From Babesia bigemina (Eukaryota): a stretch of DNA of 64,000 nt. The DNA lies in assembly GCF_000981445.1 (NCBI RefSeq), contig NC_027218.1:2232001-2296000 (forward strand), in the 5' to 3' direction. A model generated the notes under the pieces. The model made no database searches. It had not been told where the DNA came from and was given only the letters and a program-made list of their open reading frames with translations. A program made the position numbers and the translations under genes. Positions 23,248-34,746 of the stretch are shown piece after piece; the first letter of the stretch is position 1; every line of letters starts with the position of its first letter.

Positions 23248-24043
23248 TGTCGGCTCGAAGGCAGATGTTCCCCGCGCGCCCCGACCCCTTCGTGCTGGAG
23301 GAAGCAAGCATCGCAGCGCTGGCGTGCTCCGGCCGCACGTTATCTGCGGACGAATCTCTGGAAGTGACTCCGAGATCGGCGGAATCGTCGCCGAAAGTGG
23401 CAAGGAAGCACGCAGACGTTGGGGGTAATGAAGAGGCGTCGCCAACCCAGGAGCGCCTGGTGGAAGAGCCCATTCCGGAGTCCGATGACGAACGCAAGGA
23501 CAAATACGACGACAAATTCGATGACAGAAACGATGACAGAAACGATGACAAAAATGATGACAGAAGCGAGGACAAATACGACGATAAAAATGATGACAGA
23601 AGCGAGGACAAATACGACGATAAAAATGATGACAGAAGAGATGACAAATACGAGGACAAATTGGCGCCGAAGGAACCCGTGCTAGCAGACCCGCATAAAG
23701 AGACTGAGGTAGGTGTTACTAGAATGGAATCATGACGAACGCGTAGGCCGACAACTGGCTTGACTACGTAGTCGACGCCGCAAAGGGGCGCGTTAAACGA
23801 AAGCCCGGTACATCAGCGTCGGACCAATCCGGTTCCGCGCTGGATCTGAGCAAGGGAGGGTTGGTGAAGGTTGCCAAGGTGGCAAAGCGCGACGAGGTCG
23901 CCACGCAGAGCTCCGACGGTGGAAGGTTGTGGCGAGATCGCCTGAAGCTTCGCCAGCAAATGCTTAGCGAGGAAGACCTTGACAAACCCTTGCCCACGCG
24001 ACAGCAGCGTATGGCCGGGTCCGACGAAGTTCAGCGCAAGTAG
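23247..24043 (+). CDS. Hypothetical acidic repeat-containing protein (2 exons; intron ~23710-23746)
   Basis: ORF 23247-23709 splices (gtaggt...gcgtag) in frame to ADNWLDYVVD...DEVQRK*. An alternative start lies at 23265. Confidence 0.55.
23497..23660 (+). repeat. Coding tandem repeat: 36-nt unit (EDKYDDKNDDRS) built from 12-nt sub-units
   Basis: gaggacaaatacgacgataaaaatgatgacagaag recurs at 23568 and 23604, flanked by degenerate copies. Confidence 0.9.
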
Positions 24044-24396
24044 TGTACGGGCCTCCGCGAGACCACTGCGGTATTATCCAACCGCGAAATGTGCATGGTG
24101 GCCGAAGCCAATTTCGAGCGTGCGTAAATCTTTGGCGCATTCTGCCGCGGCGGCAGTGGGTGAAATAGTAGACGCGGCGCAGGCGCGACGACCCTGCATG
24201 GCCGGGCCGTACCGAGGTCCCCATGGCAGGTATTTATATGATTCCGTGGATGATTTCACGCCGTGAAGCGTACCCTATAAAGGGGAAAACTTGCCAGTAA
24301 AGTTTGAGTTGTATTCGTTGACCCCGTCCCGCTGCGGTTTTAGGCGGTGGACCGGCTACGCTCGAGGACCGGCGCCGCGCCCAGTAATCAGCCCCA

Positions 24397-26945
24397 ATGG
24401 CGTCACGCAACAAGAAGCGATATCTCCACGAGGGCTGGATCAGCAAGTGGACCAATTTCATCGGGAGCTGGCGCCCGAGGTAGGCCGAGGCCGTGCCGCC
24501 GCGAGACGATGTGCAGGTATTTCATGCTAGAGCCAGGATGCCTCAAGTATTCGCTCGAGAAGGATGGACTCGTCAAGGAATCGTTCATTTTATCTCAATG
24601 CACCATGCGCCTCTGCGCCGGTGGGTTCCAGCCGTATGCTTACACACAGCGCAGATGATCCAGTGCGTCTCGATATAGACGTCGTGGGCCGCGGGGTGGT
24701 TTGCCTGCGCACCGACACACCTGCGGAAAAGCAAAAGTGGTTTGTCGCCTTCAAGAAGGCTCAAAAAATACTGTTCCAAGCGTACCAGAAAAAGGTACTC
24801 ACTCCATCGGGGGTGTACAGCATCGAAGGGCGGCCGGGAGCGTACGGTAACTCCGACACGGCCGCCGAACAGGAGGGCACCGCCGTTTTAGAGAGCCCGC
24901 AGCATTATATCAGCGTCGAGGCGCCGGCGGCAGTCCCCGGCAAAGCGTCCGACGAGCCGTCCGTCGTATCTCCCGAGGGCGACGACCTGGCGCAGGACAG
25001 CGGCCGCAAATCCGTCGATGTGTCGGAGCTCTTTATAAAAACTAGGTTCGGGCAGGAGCCGCAGACGTCGCTGAATTGTATGCTCAGCAACACCAGCTGC
25101 TTCGACGAGATCACGACAAAGATCCTGGCGGAGCTGCGCGAGGTGCTCTCAGGCGACTCCCTCAAGAAGGTGGAGACATTGGGACTCATCGCCCGCGAGT
25201 ACTACGAGAGCACGCAGCAGCTGTATCTGGAGGAGGTACGCTCGCGCAAGGAGCTCGAGCAGTCGCTGTTCCGCGTTACCAGGCGGAACATGAAATTGGA
25301 GCAACAGGAGCTCACTCGATCGGCCGGTGTTGTCGAACGTAAGGGGCACCTTGCGGAGATGCATGTGAGCGAAAAGAGCCATACAGTGGACTCCGAAGAC
25401 AGCGACAGCTCCGACAGTGCCTACTGTGGTCACGTGGAGGATGAATTCTTCGAGTGCGAGGACTTTGCACAACGCACTCACAGTGAATCGTTTGAAGACG
25501 AACTTGTAGCCACCAACGACGTGGTGCCAGCTGAGGAACCACGTCAGGAATCGCCAAAAGGCGCCATGAGTGAAGACAACGCCACTGTGGACGCCGCTTC
25601 CGCGCCCGCCCCGGCCAGTGGCAAGGTACCGAGGGGCGCGGTCATCAACCGCCGCACCCGGCTACCGAGGCCGCGCACGGAGCTCAAGGTCAGCATCTGG
25701 TCCATACTCAAGGACCTCATCGGAAAGGACCTGGCGCGCATCAGCATGCCCATCTGTCTCAACGAGCCCACCTCGGCGCTGCAGCGCGACTGCGAGGCCT
25801 TCGAGTACAGCCACCTGCTCGACACGGCGGCGCAGCAAGCCAATGTCATTGATCGCATGGCTTACGTGACGCTGTTCAGCATCACGCCGTACGGGTCCGC
25901 GGTCGGACGCGCGTACAAGCCCTTCAACCCGTTGCTCGGGGAGACCTACGAGCTGACCCACCGCGGGTTCAACTTCGTAGCAGAGCAGGTCGGACACCAC
26001 CCGCCCATCTGCGCGTTCCACTGCCACAACCAGTACTTCGAGGCGTACGGCAGCACCAACGCCCTGGTGCGGCTCACGGGCAAGTCGGTCGAGGTGAGCA
26101 TCATCGGCCCATTCCTGGTCAACCTCATGGTGGGCGGCGCCAAGGAGCAGTACTCGCTGCAGCGGTGCTACGTGGTGATACACAACATCATCATAGGCAA
26201 GATATGGATCGAGACCGTGGGCACTGCGATTCTGCGCAACATCACCAGCGGCGAGTTTGCCGTGGTCCAGTACCTGCGCAAGGGCTGGTTCGACAAGGAC
26301 TTCCACAAGGTGCGCGCGCTGGTCTTCGACCGCTACGCCACGCCGCACTACCACATCTACGGAAAGTGGAGTGAGGTGGTTTACATGGAGTCCGTCCGGC
26401 CGCGGTCTGTCCGGCGCCAGAAGCCGCTGCTGAAGCCCGACGGGCGGCTGGACTACGACACCTCCTTCTACAAGAACGAGGAAGACGCCTGGGACGCATT
26501 CGTGAACGAAATCGACTGGGAGAAGATCGACGTCGTCCCCGGCACCAAGAAGCAGGTCTGGAAACCGCATCCACGGCCGCCATGCCACGAGAATTACTAC
26601 GGCTTCGGGTACATGACCATGGAGCTCAACGAACTATCCCCGGACTACGACCCCAATCGCGGCGTCGCAATTCCGCCCACAGACTCGCGCTTCCGCCCGG
26701 ACATGCGGGCGTACGAGGCCGGCGACATGGACTGGGCGGTGCAGGAGAAGCAGCGCCTGGAGGACCGGCAGCGCGAGGCCGCCAAGAAGCGGATCGACGG
26801 CGAGCGCTCCTACAAGCCGCAGTGGTTCAACAAGAAGCTAGACCCGCACACCCGCGCCGCCAGCTGGGAGTTCACCGGCGAGTACTGGTTCCGGAAGGCG
26901 GAAGGCACGGTCGCGGAGGGTGTACCTGATATTTTCGCGCGGTGA
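24397..26945 (+). CDS. Oxysterol-binding protein-related protein (PH, FFAT-like and ORD domains), 3 exons
   Basis: MASRNKKRYLHEGWISKWTNFIGSWRP|RYFML gives the PH domain; EDEFFECED is FFAT-like; the ORD has IGKDLARISMP, KPFNPLLGETYE, EQVGHHPP and PTDSRFRPD. Confidence 0.93.
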
Positions 26946-27060
26946 CCGTGCAGATGGCACGCTTTATAAAACTCACGGCGCAATATTGTTGTATTTTGTA
27001 CCTGTCGTTCGTTTCTGTCGCTAGAGTGTGTGGCCGGCGCGGTCCGCCGTGTGTGACGCC

Positions 27061-28649
27061 ATGGACGTGGCTGCGGCCGCCAACCGCTTCAGGCGCCGGA
27101 TGCGCCGGGCGCTCTACCGTCTCATGGCGCGCAGCGAGTTCTTCATAGACCGAAACACCGGGGAAGACCACTGGATGTACAAGAAGGTCAAGATGATGGC
27201 CAACCGGCTGGTCTCGGCCATGTACAAGACGGAGAGCGCCATCGTCATGGTAACCGGGCCGCCGGGCTCGGGCAAGTCGTACCTCGTGACCTCCGCGCTG
27301 ATGCTGCTGTACGACACAATCGCCATGGACGTGGAGGATCAGGGGGTCATGGAGTTCGACACGGAGTTCGAGCCGATGGAAGGCTTGGACGGCCTATCCT
27401 CAGACGCGGAGAGCGTCAGCGAGATGCCCTGGCGCGTCGAGATCATAATGCTCGAAATATACAATTACCGCGACGAGATGAAGTGCATGAAGCACCTGGC
27501 GCTGCTGCTGGAGAAGCTGGCAGGGGTGAGCGGCTCCCGCTGCGGGATAGCGCGCTGCCAGGAGGTCCAGGAGCGCATCATGCACTGCATGAAGCTGCTC
27601 AGGAAGTCGCACGTGTACGTGGTAATCGCGCTGGAGGGGATGGACGTGTTGACCAAGGGCAGAAACGACTGCAGCGAGAGAACGGGTTCGTGCCACCGCC
27701 GGCAGGGCATGCTCTACTTCATCGGCAACATGCTGGCCTGCGAGGACATAGCGTTCGCGTTGGTCGGCGTCACGCCGGACGTGCGGACGATGGAGCGGCT
27801 GGAGAAGCGCGTGAGGTCGAGGTTCATGCACGAAACCATCCACTGCGACCGAACCGCCGACTACGATGCCGTGGCGGCGCCGGGGAAGCTCTCGCTGCTG
27901 GGGAAGGAGGCCGTGCTCTTCCTCGACGACGAATCTAAGGTGGGTTGCGTGATTGGGGTTATGACGCCGTGCAGCAAATGCTCGGGGAGGGGTTGTTGTG
28001 CGGGCGCAGCGCAACCAGCACCATCGCCGCCACATGTGCCCAGCTCTACGACGACGCGTTCGAGGTCATGGAAGACGGCGAACTCTGCATATCCAGCGAC
28101 GCAGTGACGGCGAAGCTTCGCGATTCCGGGACCACACGATGGTTCGAGTCGATCGTTGAGCACCTCTCGCTGCCCCAACACTACGTGTTGGTGTCGCTCG
28201 CCCGGCTGCACTTGCAGGGCATCATGCCGTTGACCCTCCTCGGCGTCGAGCGGGATCTCAAAGAAATGTGCATATATTACCCGAATGAAAAGAAGGCCAT
28301 GCCACACTTCAATGTAGGTCTTCATACGATGCCGCTTGGTGTTCATAGTTGCCGACGGCAGTGGGCACATGCTCGTGCAGGGGCTGGCACGCGTCTTCAT
28401 CACCCTCGTGGAAATAGGCGTCATTGACTGGGTATACTTGTACCCCAGCCGGATGGGATGCTTGAACCCCCTCGCCCGCATCAGCGACCCGCAAGCGGCG
28501 AACGCCCCCTGCAGATTCCCCTGCTACAGGACGTAAGTCAGAAGCCCAACGGACTCATGCGCCCCAGGTATGCCAAGATGGACCACAGCAAATTGTTGCC
28601 CACACATCTTGCCGGGTGGCTGGCTATGGCGGTGCGGGCACTCAAGTGA
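27061..28649 (+). CDS. ORC4: Origin recognition complex subunit 4-like AAA+ protein, multi-exon
   Basis: Walker A GPPGSGKS, RQGMLYF and LEKRVRSRFMHETI (ORC4 consensus LEKRVKSRFSHR), plus winged-helix-like C-terminal exons. Confidence 0.78.
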
Positions 28650-28805
28650 CCTTCGGCGGCCGGAGTCGGGAACGCTACACAGGGCGCAAGCCAAGTCCTC
28701 CACAAGAATGACCGCAAACTGCCCCTAAAGGCTCCGCCATTTTATCGCACTTTTTGAATCGCAGTTAGGCGCCCAGATCGACCCGTAAAGCGCCGCTCGC
28801 GAACC

Positions 28806-29147
28806 ATGAAGGTCGTCTCCAAGGGCGAGCCGCTGTCTAACGCGGAGGCGCTGGCGGCGGTACGCAAGCGCCTGGAGGAATATCGCAAACAGACGGCGCC
28901 ACCTCCGTCTAATGAAGAATCTGGCGACGTAACCATGGACGATGGCACCGCGGACGACCTCCCACCGCTGACGGCGCTGGCGGGGATCGGCCAGGAGGAG
29001 CCGATTTCCGCGGAGATGGACGAGTGGTACAAGCGCGTCAAGAAGCTGCAGCGCTTCCACCTGGACGACGCCAGCTGCTCGGAGGTCGACGCGGATCGCA
29101 CGAGGTTCCTGGAAGCGCTCGAGCGCTACCTGGCGCCCATCTCATAA
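28806..29147 (+). CDS. Small acidic protein; N-terminus resembles RNA polymerase Rpb4/RPC9 (C17)
   Basis: Clean 113-aa ORF with coding-like codon bias. MKVVSKGEPLSNAEAL resembles the RPC9 N-terminal MKV......LSNxEV pattern, but no clear HRDC domain follows. Confidence 0.4.
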   Translation: MKVVSKGEPLSNAEALAAVRKRLEEYRKQTAPPPSNEESGDVTMDDGTADDLPPLTALAGIGQEEPISAEMDEWYKRVKKLQRFHLDDASCSEVDADRTRFLEALERYLAPIS

Positions 29148-29170
29148 CTAAGATAATATACGTTATTAAG

Positions 29171-32100
29171 TCAAAAGCTGTCAACTAGCCTCCACGGCGG
29201 CCTTTCGGTGACATTAGGGCCCCTAGCCGAGGTGTCCTGGTACACGTACTTGTAGCGCATGAGGTTGGACCACTTGTCCTTCAGCTGCATTCCGGTCCGT
29301 CGGCCGCCGAAGTACGTGGCGGCGAAGTAGGCCCACCTGCCCACGCCGTGCCTGTTTATTGCATCTATCAGCAATAGCACCTCGTCCCGTTTCCACTTGC
29401 CCCGACGGCGTCCGACAGCCACGCTCCCCTGCTGCGGGGGCGGCGATGATGACCCCACCGTAATCCGCAGGCCTGCGTTCATATACGTGGTACCTATACC
29501 GTCTGGTTTTGCACCGGGTGGCATTTCTGCGGCGAGGGGCGTTTCCCCAGGAGGCGACACTTCTCCGGGAGGTGACCTCACTCCAGGAGGTGACGCTCCT
29601 CTGGAAGCTGACATTACTCCTGGAGGTGACGCTCCTCTGGAAGCTGACATTACTCCAGGGGGTGACGCTCCTCTGGAAGTTGACATTACTCCTGGAGGTG
29701 ACATTTGTACAGAACGTGTCTTCATTCCGTAAGCTTGTGCTTCCATATAAGTTGACATTGGTGCAGAACGGGTTTTCATTCCGTAAGCTGATGCTTCTCT
29801 AGAAGATGACATTTGTGAAGAACGGGTTTTCATTCCGTAAACTGGTGCTTCTCTAGAAGTTGACATATGCGCAGAACGGGTCTTCATTCCGTAAGATGGC
29901 GCTCCTCTAGAAGTCGACATTTGCGCAGAACGGGTCTTCATTCCGTAAGATGGCGCTCCTCTAGCAGTTGATTTCAATGCGGGAGGTAGCACTTCCCCGA
30001 GCGGCTTGTCTTTGGAGAACGCGTCGAAAGGTGATCTCTTTCCGGGAGGCAACTCGGACGGAGGTGACACTTCTGTAGAACTTGACTTCACCCCAGAATG
30101 TGACGCTTCTCCGAGCGGCTTGTCTTTAGAGAACGCATCGAAAGGTGATCTCTTTCCGGGTGGCAACTCTGACGCAGGTGACACTTCTGCAGAACTTGAC
30201 TTCACTCCAGAATGTGACGCTTCCCCGAGTGGCTTGTCTTTAGAGAACGCATCGAAAGGTGACCTCTTTCCGGGTGGCAACTCGGACGGAGGTGACACTT
30301 CTGCGGGGGACATGGTTATCGCGGGTGAGGTAGCTCCCTCAGCTTGTTTGACGGTTGTGGGGGCCACAGTGTCAGCTTTTCTCCCCTGTTCATTCGCACG
30401 ATTGTCAGCCAGTGGTAACATAGATTCCAATTTTGCGGCGTGTTCTTGCAAGGCAGCGGCGACGTCGACTATGCGGAGAGCGGCCTCGTTGCCGGCACCT
30501 GCCTTTTGCTTATGGGTTACCGCCCACTCGTCATCCGCGTCGCTGTTTAAGGGCACCGGGGGTGTCATTCCACCGCTCGCAGGCTCAACCAGCGTGGCCT
30601 CTTCCTGCCCCTTGTCACCCGCTTCGCCCGTCCCAGGGGGACAACGCATGCCATACGAAGCAGGTTCATGGAACGCCTTTGACGGATCGCGGCTGTTGCG
30701 GCCGTTTTCTCGCACCGCCCCCAGCAACGAAGTGAAGAACGACAAGATTCTGGAGGAGTCGTTTCTGCTGGGACCCTCGCTCAAATTCAGGCGGGCCGAA
30801 CGGCTGCGTTCAGACGGCGCAGTTTCGGAGGCCTCTTGGGAGGTTTTCAGCTCAGGTTCACAGTAAGCGACGCCGTTTTGCGGAAACACCAGAGGAATTT
30901 CGTCGACAGGTTTGTTCCACGTGAGCATCGCATCCGCGGCGGTTTTCGCGCGCTTCTTTGGCGACTCCTCGCTGCATGGTTCCGCTGTCAACTTGTTGTC
31001 CAGAGACCACTTCTTAAAGGCCGCCAGCTTCTTATAGCGGTGCAGCGTCAGGTTCAGGCCGCGCACCTTCTTGTACAGTCTCACGGGGCCCTCAGCTATC
31101 GACCCGAAGCCTAGCGACCGGTACTCCTTGAGCAGTGGGTTCGGCATGACCCTGTTGGCCTCAGACGCGTACCTGCAGAGGGCTATGCTCCACTGGAAGA
31201 GCAGCTTGTCAGCCACGTTGATGAATTCCGCAAAAACGTTGCTTGAAAAGGGAACCTCAGGGTAGACGGTATCGATATTCGTGCCTTCTGGTTGCGAGTC
31301 GCCGGCATCGGGACCGCGCTGCTGTTCGCTGTTTTGCTCACACGCTACTTCGCAGTCCATCTCGTCGCGGTACTCCTTCCATGCCAGTTGCCCGCGCACG
31401 GTGAGCGCCTGCTTGAAATTCATGCACGCGTCGCGGAAGGTAATGAGCAGGTTCCTGTTGCGCTTGAACTCCTCGTCACGATGGGGCGGCGCTTCCCAGC
31501 ATCTGGCGGGGCTGTTGTTTTGCAAATGTGGCGGATGATCGCGAGATTCTTCCGCCTTCTCCCCATCGCCCGTTGGAGCGGAAACGTCCGGATCCACGGT
31601 GTCAGGAGTGTTCGAACTTACTGCCTTTGAGGCGGGGAGAGCCGGCACTGTGACCCCCGGCCGATGCGCAAACTCCATGTAGTGGGCGATGCAGACCCGG
31701 TGCACGTACTCGTGGGTGCAATGCAGGGCCTCCGCGCATAGCAGCGTGAACTCGATGAGCATGGCCGTAGGCGGGTGACGACGCAGGGTGCGGCGCAGGT
31801 TGCGCAACAGGATCAGCATGGCGATGAACAGCAGGTGCACGTAAATTCCAGGCTTACCGGAGAGAGTGTGCAGCATGTTTTCCGTGCCCTGCACGTACGT
31901 CGCCAGCTGCTGCAACGTCAGATCCTCCTCGGCTGCGGACTCCCCCGGGTGCGCACAGGCCCCCGAAGTGAAGACGTCAGGCAGCTGACCGCCGAAGTAC
32001 AGCATCAAACGCCTCTCCACGAACGCGAACACGCCGAAGTACGCCGCCTTGGGCATGCCGCCATTCTGTAGAACCGACTTGAGATAGGCATCCAGGAAAA

Positions 32101-32530
32101 AGTGCGCATGGCAGCGGCGCAGGTGCGACGTCGGACCGGCAGGCTCGCCGTCGGAGCCCAGGGCATGCACGGAGTCGGGCAGGTTTGCACCCACGTAACG
32201 CCGGATGTGAGCTCGGGCGCGGCCATCCGGGCGAGTCATGATGAGACGCCTGCGGCGGGTACGCTTGGGCATCACGCCGTCGAGCGTGCCCGGCACCGAC
32301 AGCGAGCCGTCATCCGGGATCTGCTTGGTCGCCGCAACCAGCCACGGCTGCCTCAGGAGCAGGTGGTACGCCAGGAAGTCGAGCTTCAGCAGCCGAAGAG
32401 ACGCATTGTGCTTGCACGAAGAACGGTACAGCTTGTGCTTCACGGTAAACCGGCGATGTTGCGCGGACCTTGCCTCGCCAAATGACGAGGAGTTCGCTCT
32501 CTCCGCCCGCGTGTCTTGCTCGGCCGCCAT
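29171..32530 (-). CDS. Telobox-type single-Myb protein (TRF-like telomere repeat-binding factor candidate)
   Basis: C-terminal KWKRDEVLLLIDAINRHGVGRWAYF...RRTGMQLKDKWSNL contains the telobox LKDKW motif. The likely start is MAAEQDT at 32530. Confidence 0.75.
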   Translation of the reverse strand: MAAEQDTRAERANSSSFGEARSAQHRRFTVKHKLYRSSCKHNASLRLLKLDFLAYHLLLRQPWLVAATKQIPDDGSLSVPGTLDGVMPKRTRRRRLIMTRPDGRARAHIRRYVGANLPDSVHALGSDGEPAGPTSHLRRCHAHFFLDAYLKSVLQNGGMPKAAYFGVFAFVERRLMLYFGGQLPDVFTSGACAHPGESAAEEDLTLQQLATYVQGTENMLHTLSGKPGIYVHLLFIAMLILLRNLRRTLRRHPPTAMLIEFTLLCAEALHCTHEYVHRVCIAHYMEFAHRPGVTVPALPASKAVSSNTPDTVDPDVSAPTGDGEKAEESRDHPPHLQNNSPARCWEAPPHRDEEFKRNRNLLITFRDACMNFKQALTVRGQLAWKEYRDEMDCEVACEQNSEQQRGPDAGDSQPEGTNIDTVYPEVPFSSNVFAEFINVADKLLFQWSIALCRYASEANRVMPNPLLKEYRSLGFGSIAEGPVRLYKKVRGLNLTLHRYKKLAAFKKWSLDNKLTAEPCSEESPKKRAKTAADAMLTWNKPVDEIPLVFPQNGVAYCEPELKTSQEASETAPSERSRSARLNLSEGPSRNDSSRILSFFTSLLGAVRENGRNSRDPSKAFHEPASYGMRCPPGTGEAGDKGQEEATLVEPASGGMTPPVPLNSDADDEWAVTHKQKAGAGNEAALRIVDVAAALQEHAAKLESMLPLADNRANEQGRKADTVAPTTVKQAEGATSPAITMSPAEVSPPSELPPGKRSPFDAFSKDKPLGEASHSGVKSSSAEVSPASELPPGKRSPFDAFSKDKPLGEASHSGVKSSSTEVSPPSELPPGKRSPFDAFSKDKPLGEVLPPALKSTARGAPSYGMKTRSAQMSTSRGAPSYGMKTRSAHMSTSREAPVYGMKTRSSQMSSSREASAYGMKTRSAPMSTYMEAQAYGMKTRSVQMSPPGVMSTSRGASPPGVMSASRGASPPGVMSASRGASPPGVRSPPGEVSPPGETPLAAEMPPGAKPDGIGTTYMNAGLRITVGSSSPPPQQGSVAVGRRRGKWKRDEVLLLIDAINRHGVGRWAYFAATYFGGRRTGMQLKDKWSNLMRYKYVYQDTSARGPNVTERPPWRLVDSF
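29570..30305 (-). repeat. Three abutting coding tandem arrays: ~4 x 36 nt, 5 x 54 nt, ~3 x 114 nt
   Basis: ctcc(a/t)gg anchors at 29581/29617/29653/29689; ttcattccgtaa at 29721/29775/29829/29883/29937; ttgtcttt(a/g)gagaacgc at 30006/30120/30234. Confidence 0.95.
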
Positions 32531-32831
32531 AATATTACGGTGTTCGCGGTGATGGGCTGCGGGCGCTTGGACGAAATGGTTTCTGAAGAACGCCATCAAT
32601 AGACACCACGGCACACGCCTCGCCAGCTGCAGCGCTCACAGATGTAGGCGTGGTGCACACTAGTAGAACCTCGCAATTTATATATTTATATGTGTTCGGA
32701 AGTCGAGTTGCGGCGCTCAGTAGATATGGTAGTGACGCACACACCAGAAGGCTGCGCGGACGTTGCTGCCGTCGTCGCCATGCAGACCACACAATAACAC
32801 CACCGCTCTCCACGGCCGCGGGACGGGGATT

Positions 32832-34746
32832 TCACTGCTGCTGGTACGCATCCAGGAAAGCGTCGATACGCTCGCACACGGAAGTCTTGAACTTGTCCAT
32901 CATGCAGCGCATCAGCTCCGCGTGCTCGGGCTTAGGCTCGTCCTCGAAGGACACGCGCATGTAGTCGCTGTAGGTCTTGCCCTTTTCCATGGCGCTAGAA
33001 ATCTCGGTCAGCAAGAGCGTACCTGCGAGGCATTGACGTGGCAGCGACGACGGCGCAACGAACCGCGGTAAACGGAAGCCTTCGACTCGTCGTCGCTCGA
33101 GTAGCCGGAACCGAACGCGGTGTCAATCGACGCCTCGAACTTCAGCGCGCAGCTGAAGTCGAACATGTAGCGGCGAGTGGCCCTGATCAGCGCGATCTGC
33201 GCATCACACTCGAGGTCGGCCACAGAGGTGACCCTGATGCTGCTCTTGTGGATCATCATCGCCAGCTTCTCCAACTTCTCCAGGTTCGCAGAGTCCTCAA
33301 GCTTGTCGATGTTTATCTGCGGTACATGGCGCCGCAGCTAGGGAAACCAACGTTGCTCAGCATCTCCATGACGTTGACGCTGGGGTCGCGCAGCGACGGG
33401 TCGTTCTCGTAGCGGGCGGCCTTCAGGCTGTCGCTGATCGCCTTGCGACACCACGATGACATATCTGCACGGCGGTGTCACTGCCACAAACGTAGAAATA
33501 GACGTAATTGCTGCCGTTGTACCACGGGGTGGTAGGCAACAGGGCCCATCGCACTCCCGCTAAACACGCGCATCACACGCATAACGAACCTTTCTCCTCG
33601 TAGGTGGTGCCCTTGGAGTTCCACGACGAAAGCGAACGCGACACCGTGTCCGTCGACTGCACCGGCAATTGAAAGGGATGTGCCGCAATTGAACATACCG
33701 ATGCGTCCGTCTCTATCTTCTGAGGCACCCTGCTGCTGGTAAGGTTGCCCTCGGGCTTGTTTTTGCCGAAATAGCAGTAGCCTGCGACACCGGTCACGAT
33801 CAGCGGCACACGGCACTCACCCATCTTTTTAGTCTCCTGGATGATCTTCTGGTCCTCCTCGTCCATGTCGGACTCCTCCTGCTTCGGCTTCTTGGCGGCG
33901 GCCGAAGCAGCGGTGGGACTCTTGGGCTCCTCGGGAGCTTGCGCGCCGTTGCGCTTCTTATCGTCGCCATTGGCCTCGTTGCGCTTTTTCTCCTCCTCGG
34001 CCTTCACCTTCTCGATGCGCTCGGCTTCGCGCTTCTGCTCTTCCTCCTCCTCCTTGCGCTCCCACGCCTCGAAGTCGAGCTCATCCTCGCCCTTTTCGCG
34101 GCGCTCGCGATTGAAGTCCTCGAAGCGGCGCTGCTTGCGCTGCTGCATCTCCTCCGTGCGGTCCACGTACAGCCCGCCAGTCTTGTTGAACAGGCCGCCG
34201 AACGCCTTCTTCTGCTGCTCGCGGAGGTGCTTCTGGCGCTCGACGATCTTAGCCAGCAGCATACGCGCGTTGCTGTTGCCGGAGTCCTCGGCGATCATCG
34301 CCTGGCACTCGCTCTTCGCCTCGTCGAGGTAACCGAAGTTGAACCTTGCCAGGGCGCGGCGGTACTGGGCCTTCTTGTTCCCCGGGTCCCATCTCAGCGC
34401 GTCCTCAGCCGCGGATATGGCCTTCTCGTGGTTGGCCATGCCGAGGTAAGACGCACTCAGGTTGGAGTACAGGACGCTCTTCATGCCGTCGTGCTCCGTC
34501 ACGTCGGACGGCAACTTGCGGAGGCGATCAACGGCTTTCTGTACAGTCGTGAGATCATCGCGTATACGCACACACCTGATATGCCTCGGCGGCCGTGTCG
34601 TAGTCGGCCGCTTTGAACGCGGCATTGCCCTGCTCCTTCAGCGAGGTAGCCTCGGCGACGCAAGCCTGCACATCCACGGGCTCATCCACCTCGATGTCGG
34701 AGGATGCAGGCGAAGAAGAAGAAGACGAAGACGATTTGTCGGACAT
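32832..34746 (-). CDS. TPR-domain Hsp90 co-chaperone with a C-terminal Aha1_N-like domain, multi-exon
   Basis: TPR clamp (LKEQGNAAFKAADY, LYSNLSASY, KAQYRRALA), a charged linker, then LSSWNSKGTTYEEK|DMSSWC, the Aha1_N W..W.EKD...W pattern. Confidence 0.75.

Noticed and set aside
29570..30305. Regularly spaced repeats that could look like a CRISPR array
   Set aside because: The units are contiguous multiples of 3 nt inside an ORF, with no unique spacers and no cas genes, in a eukaryotic genome.
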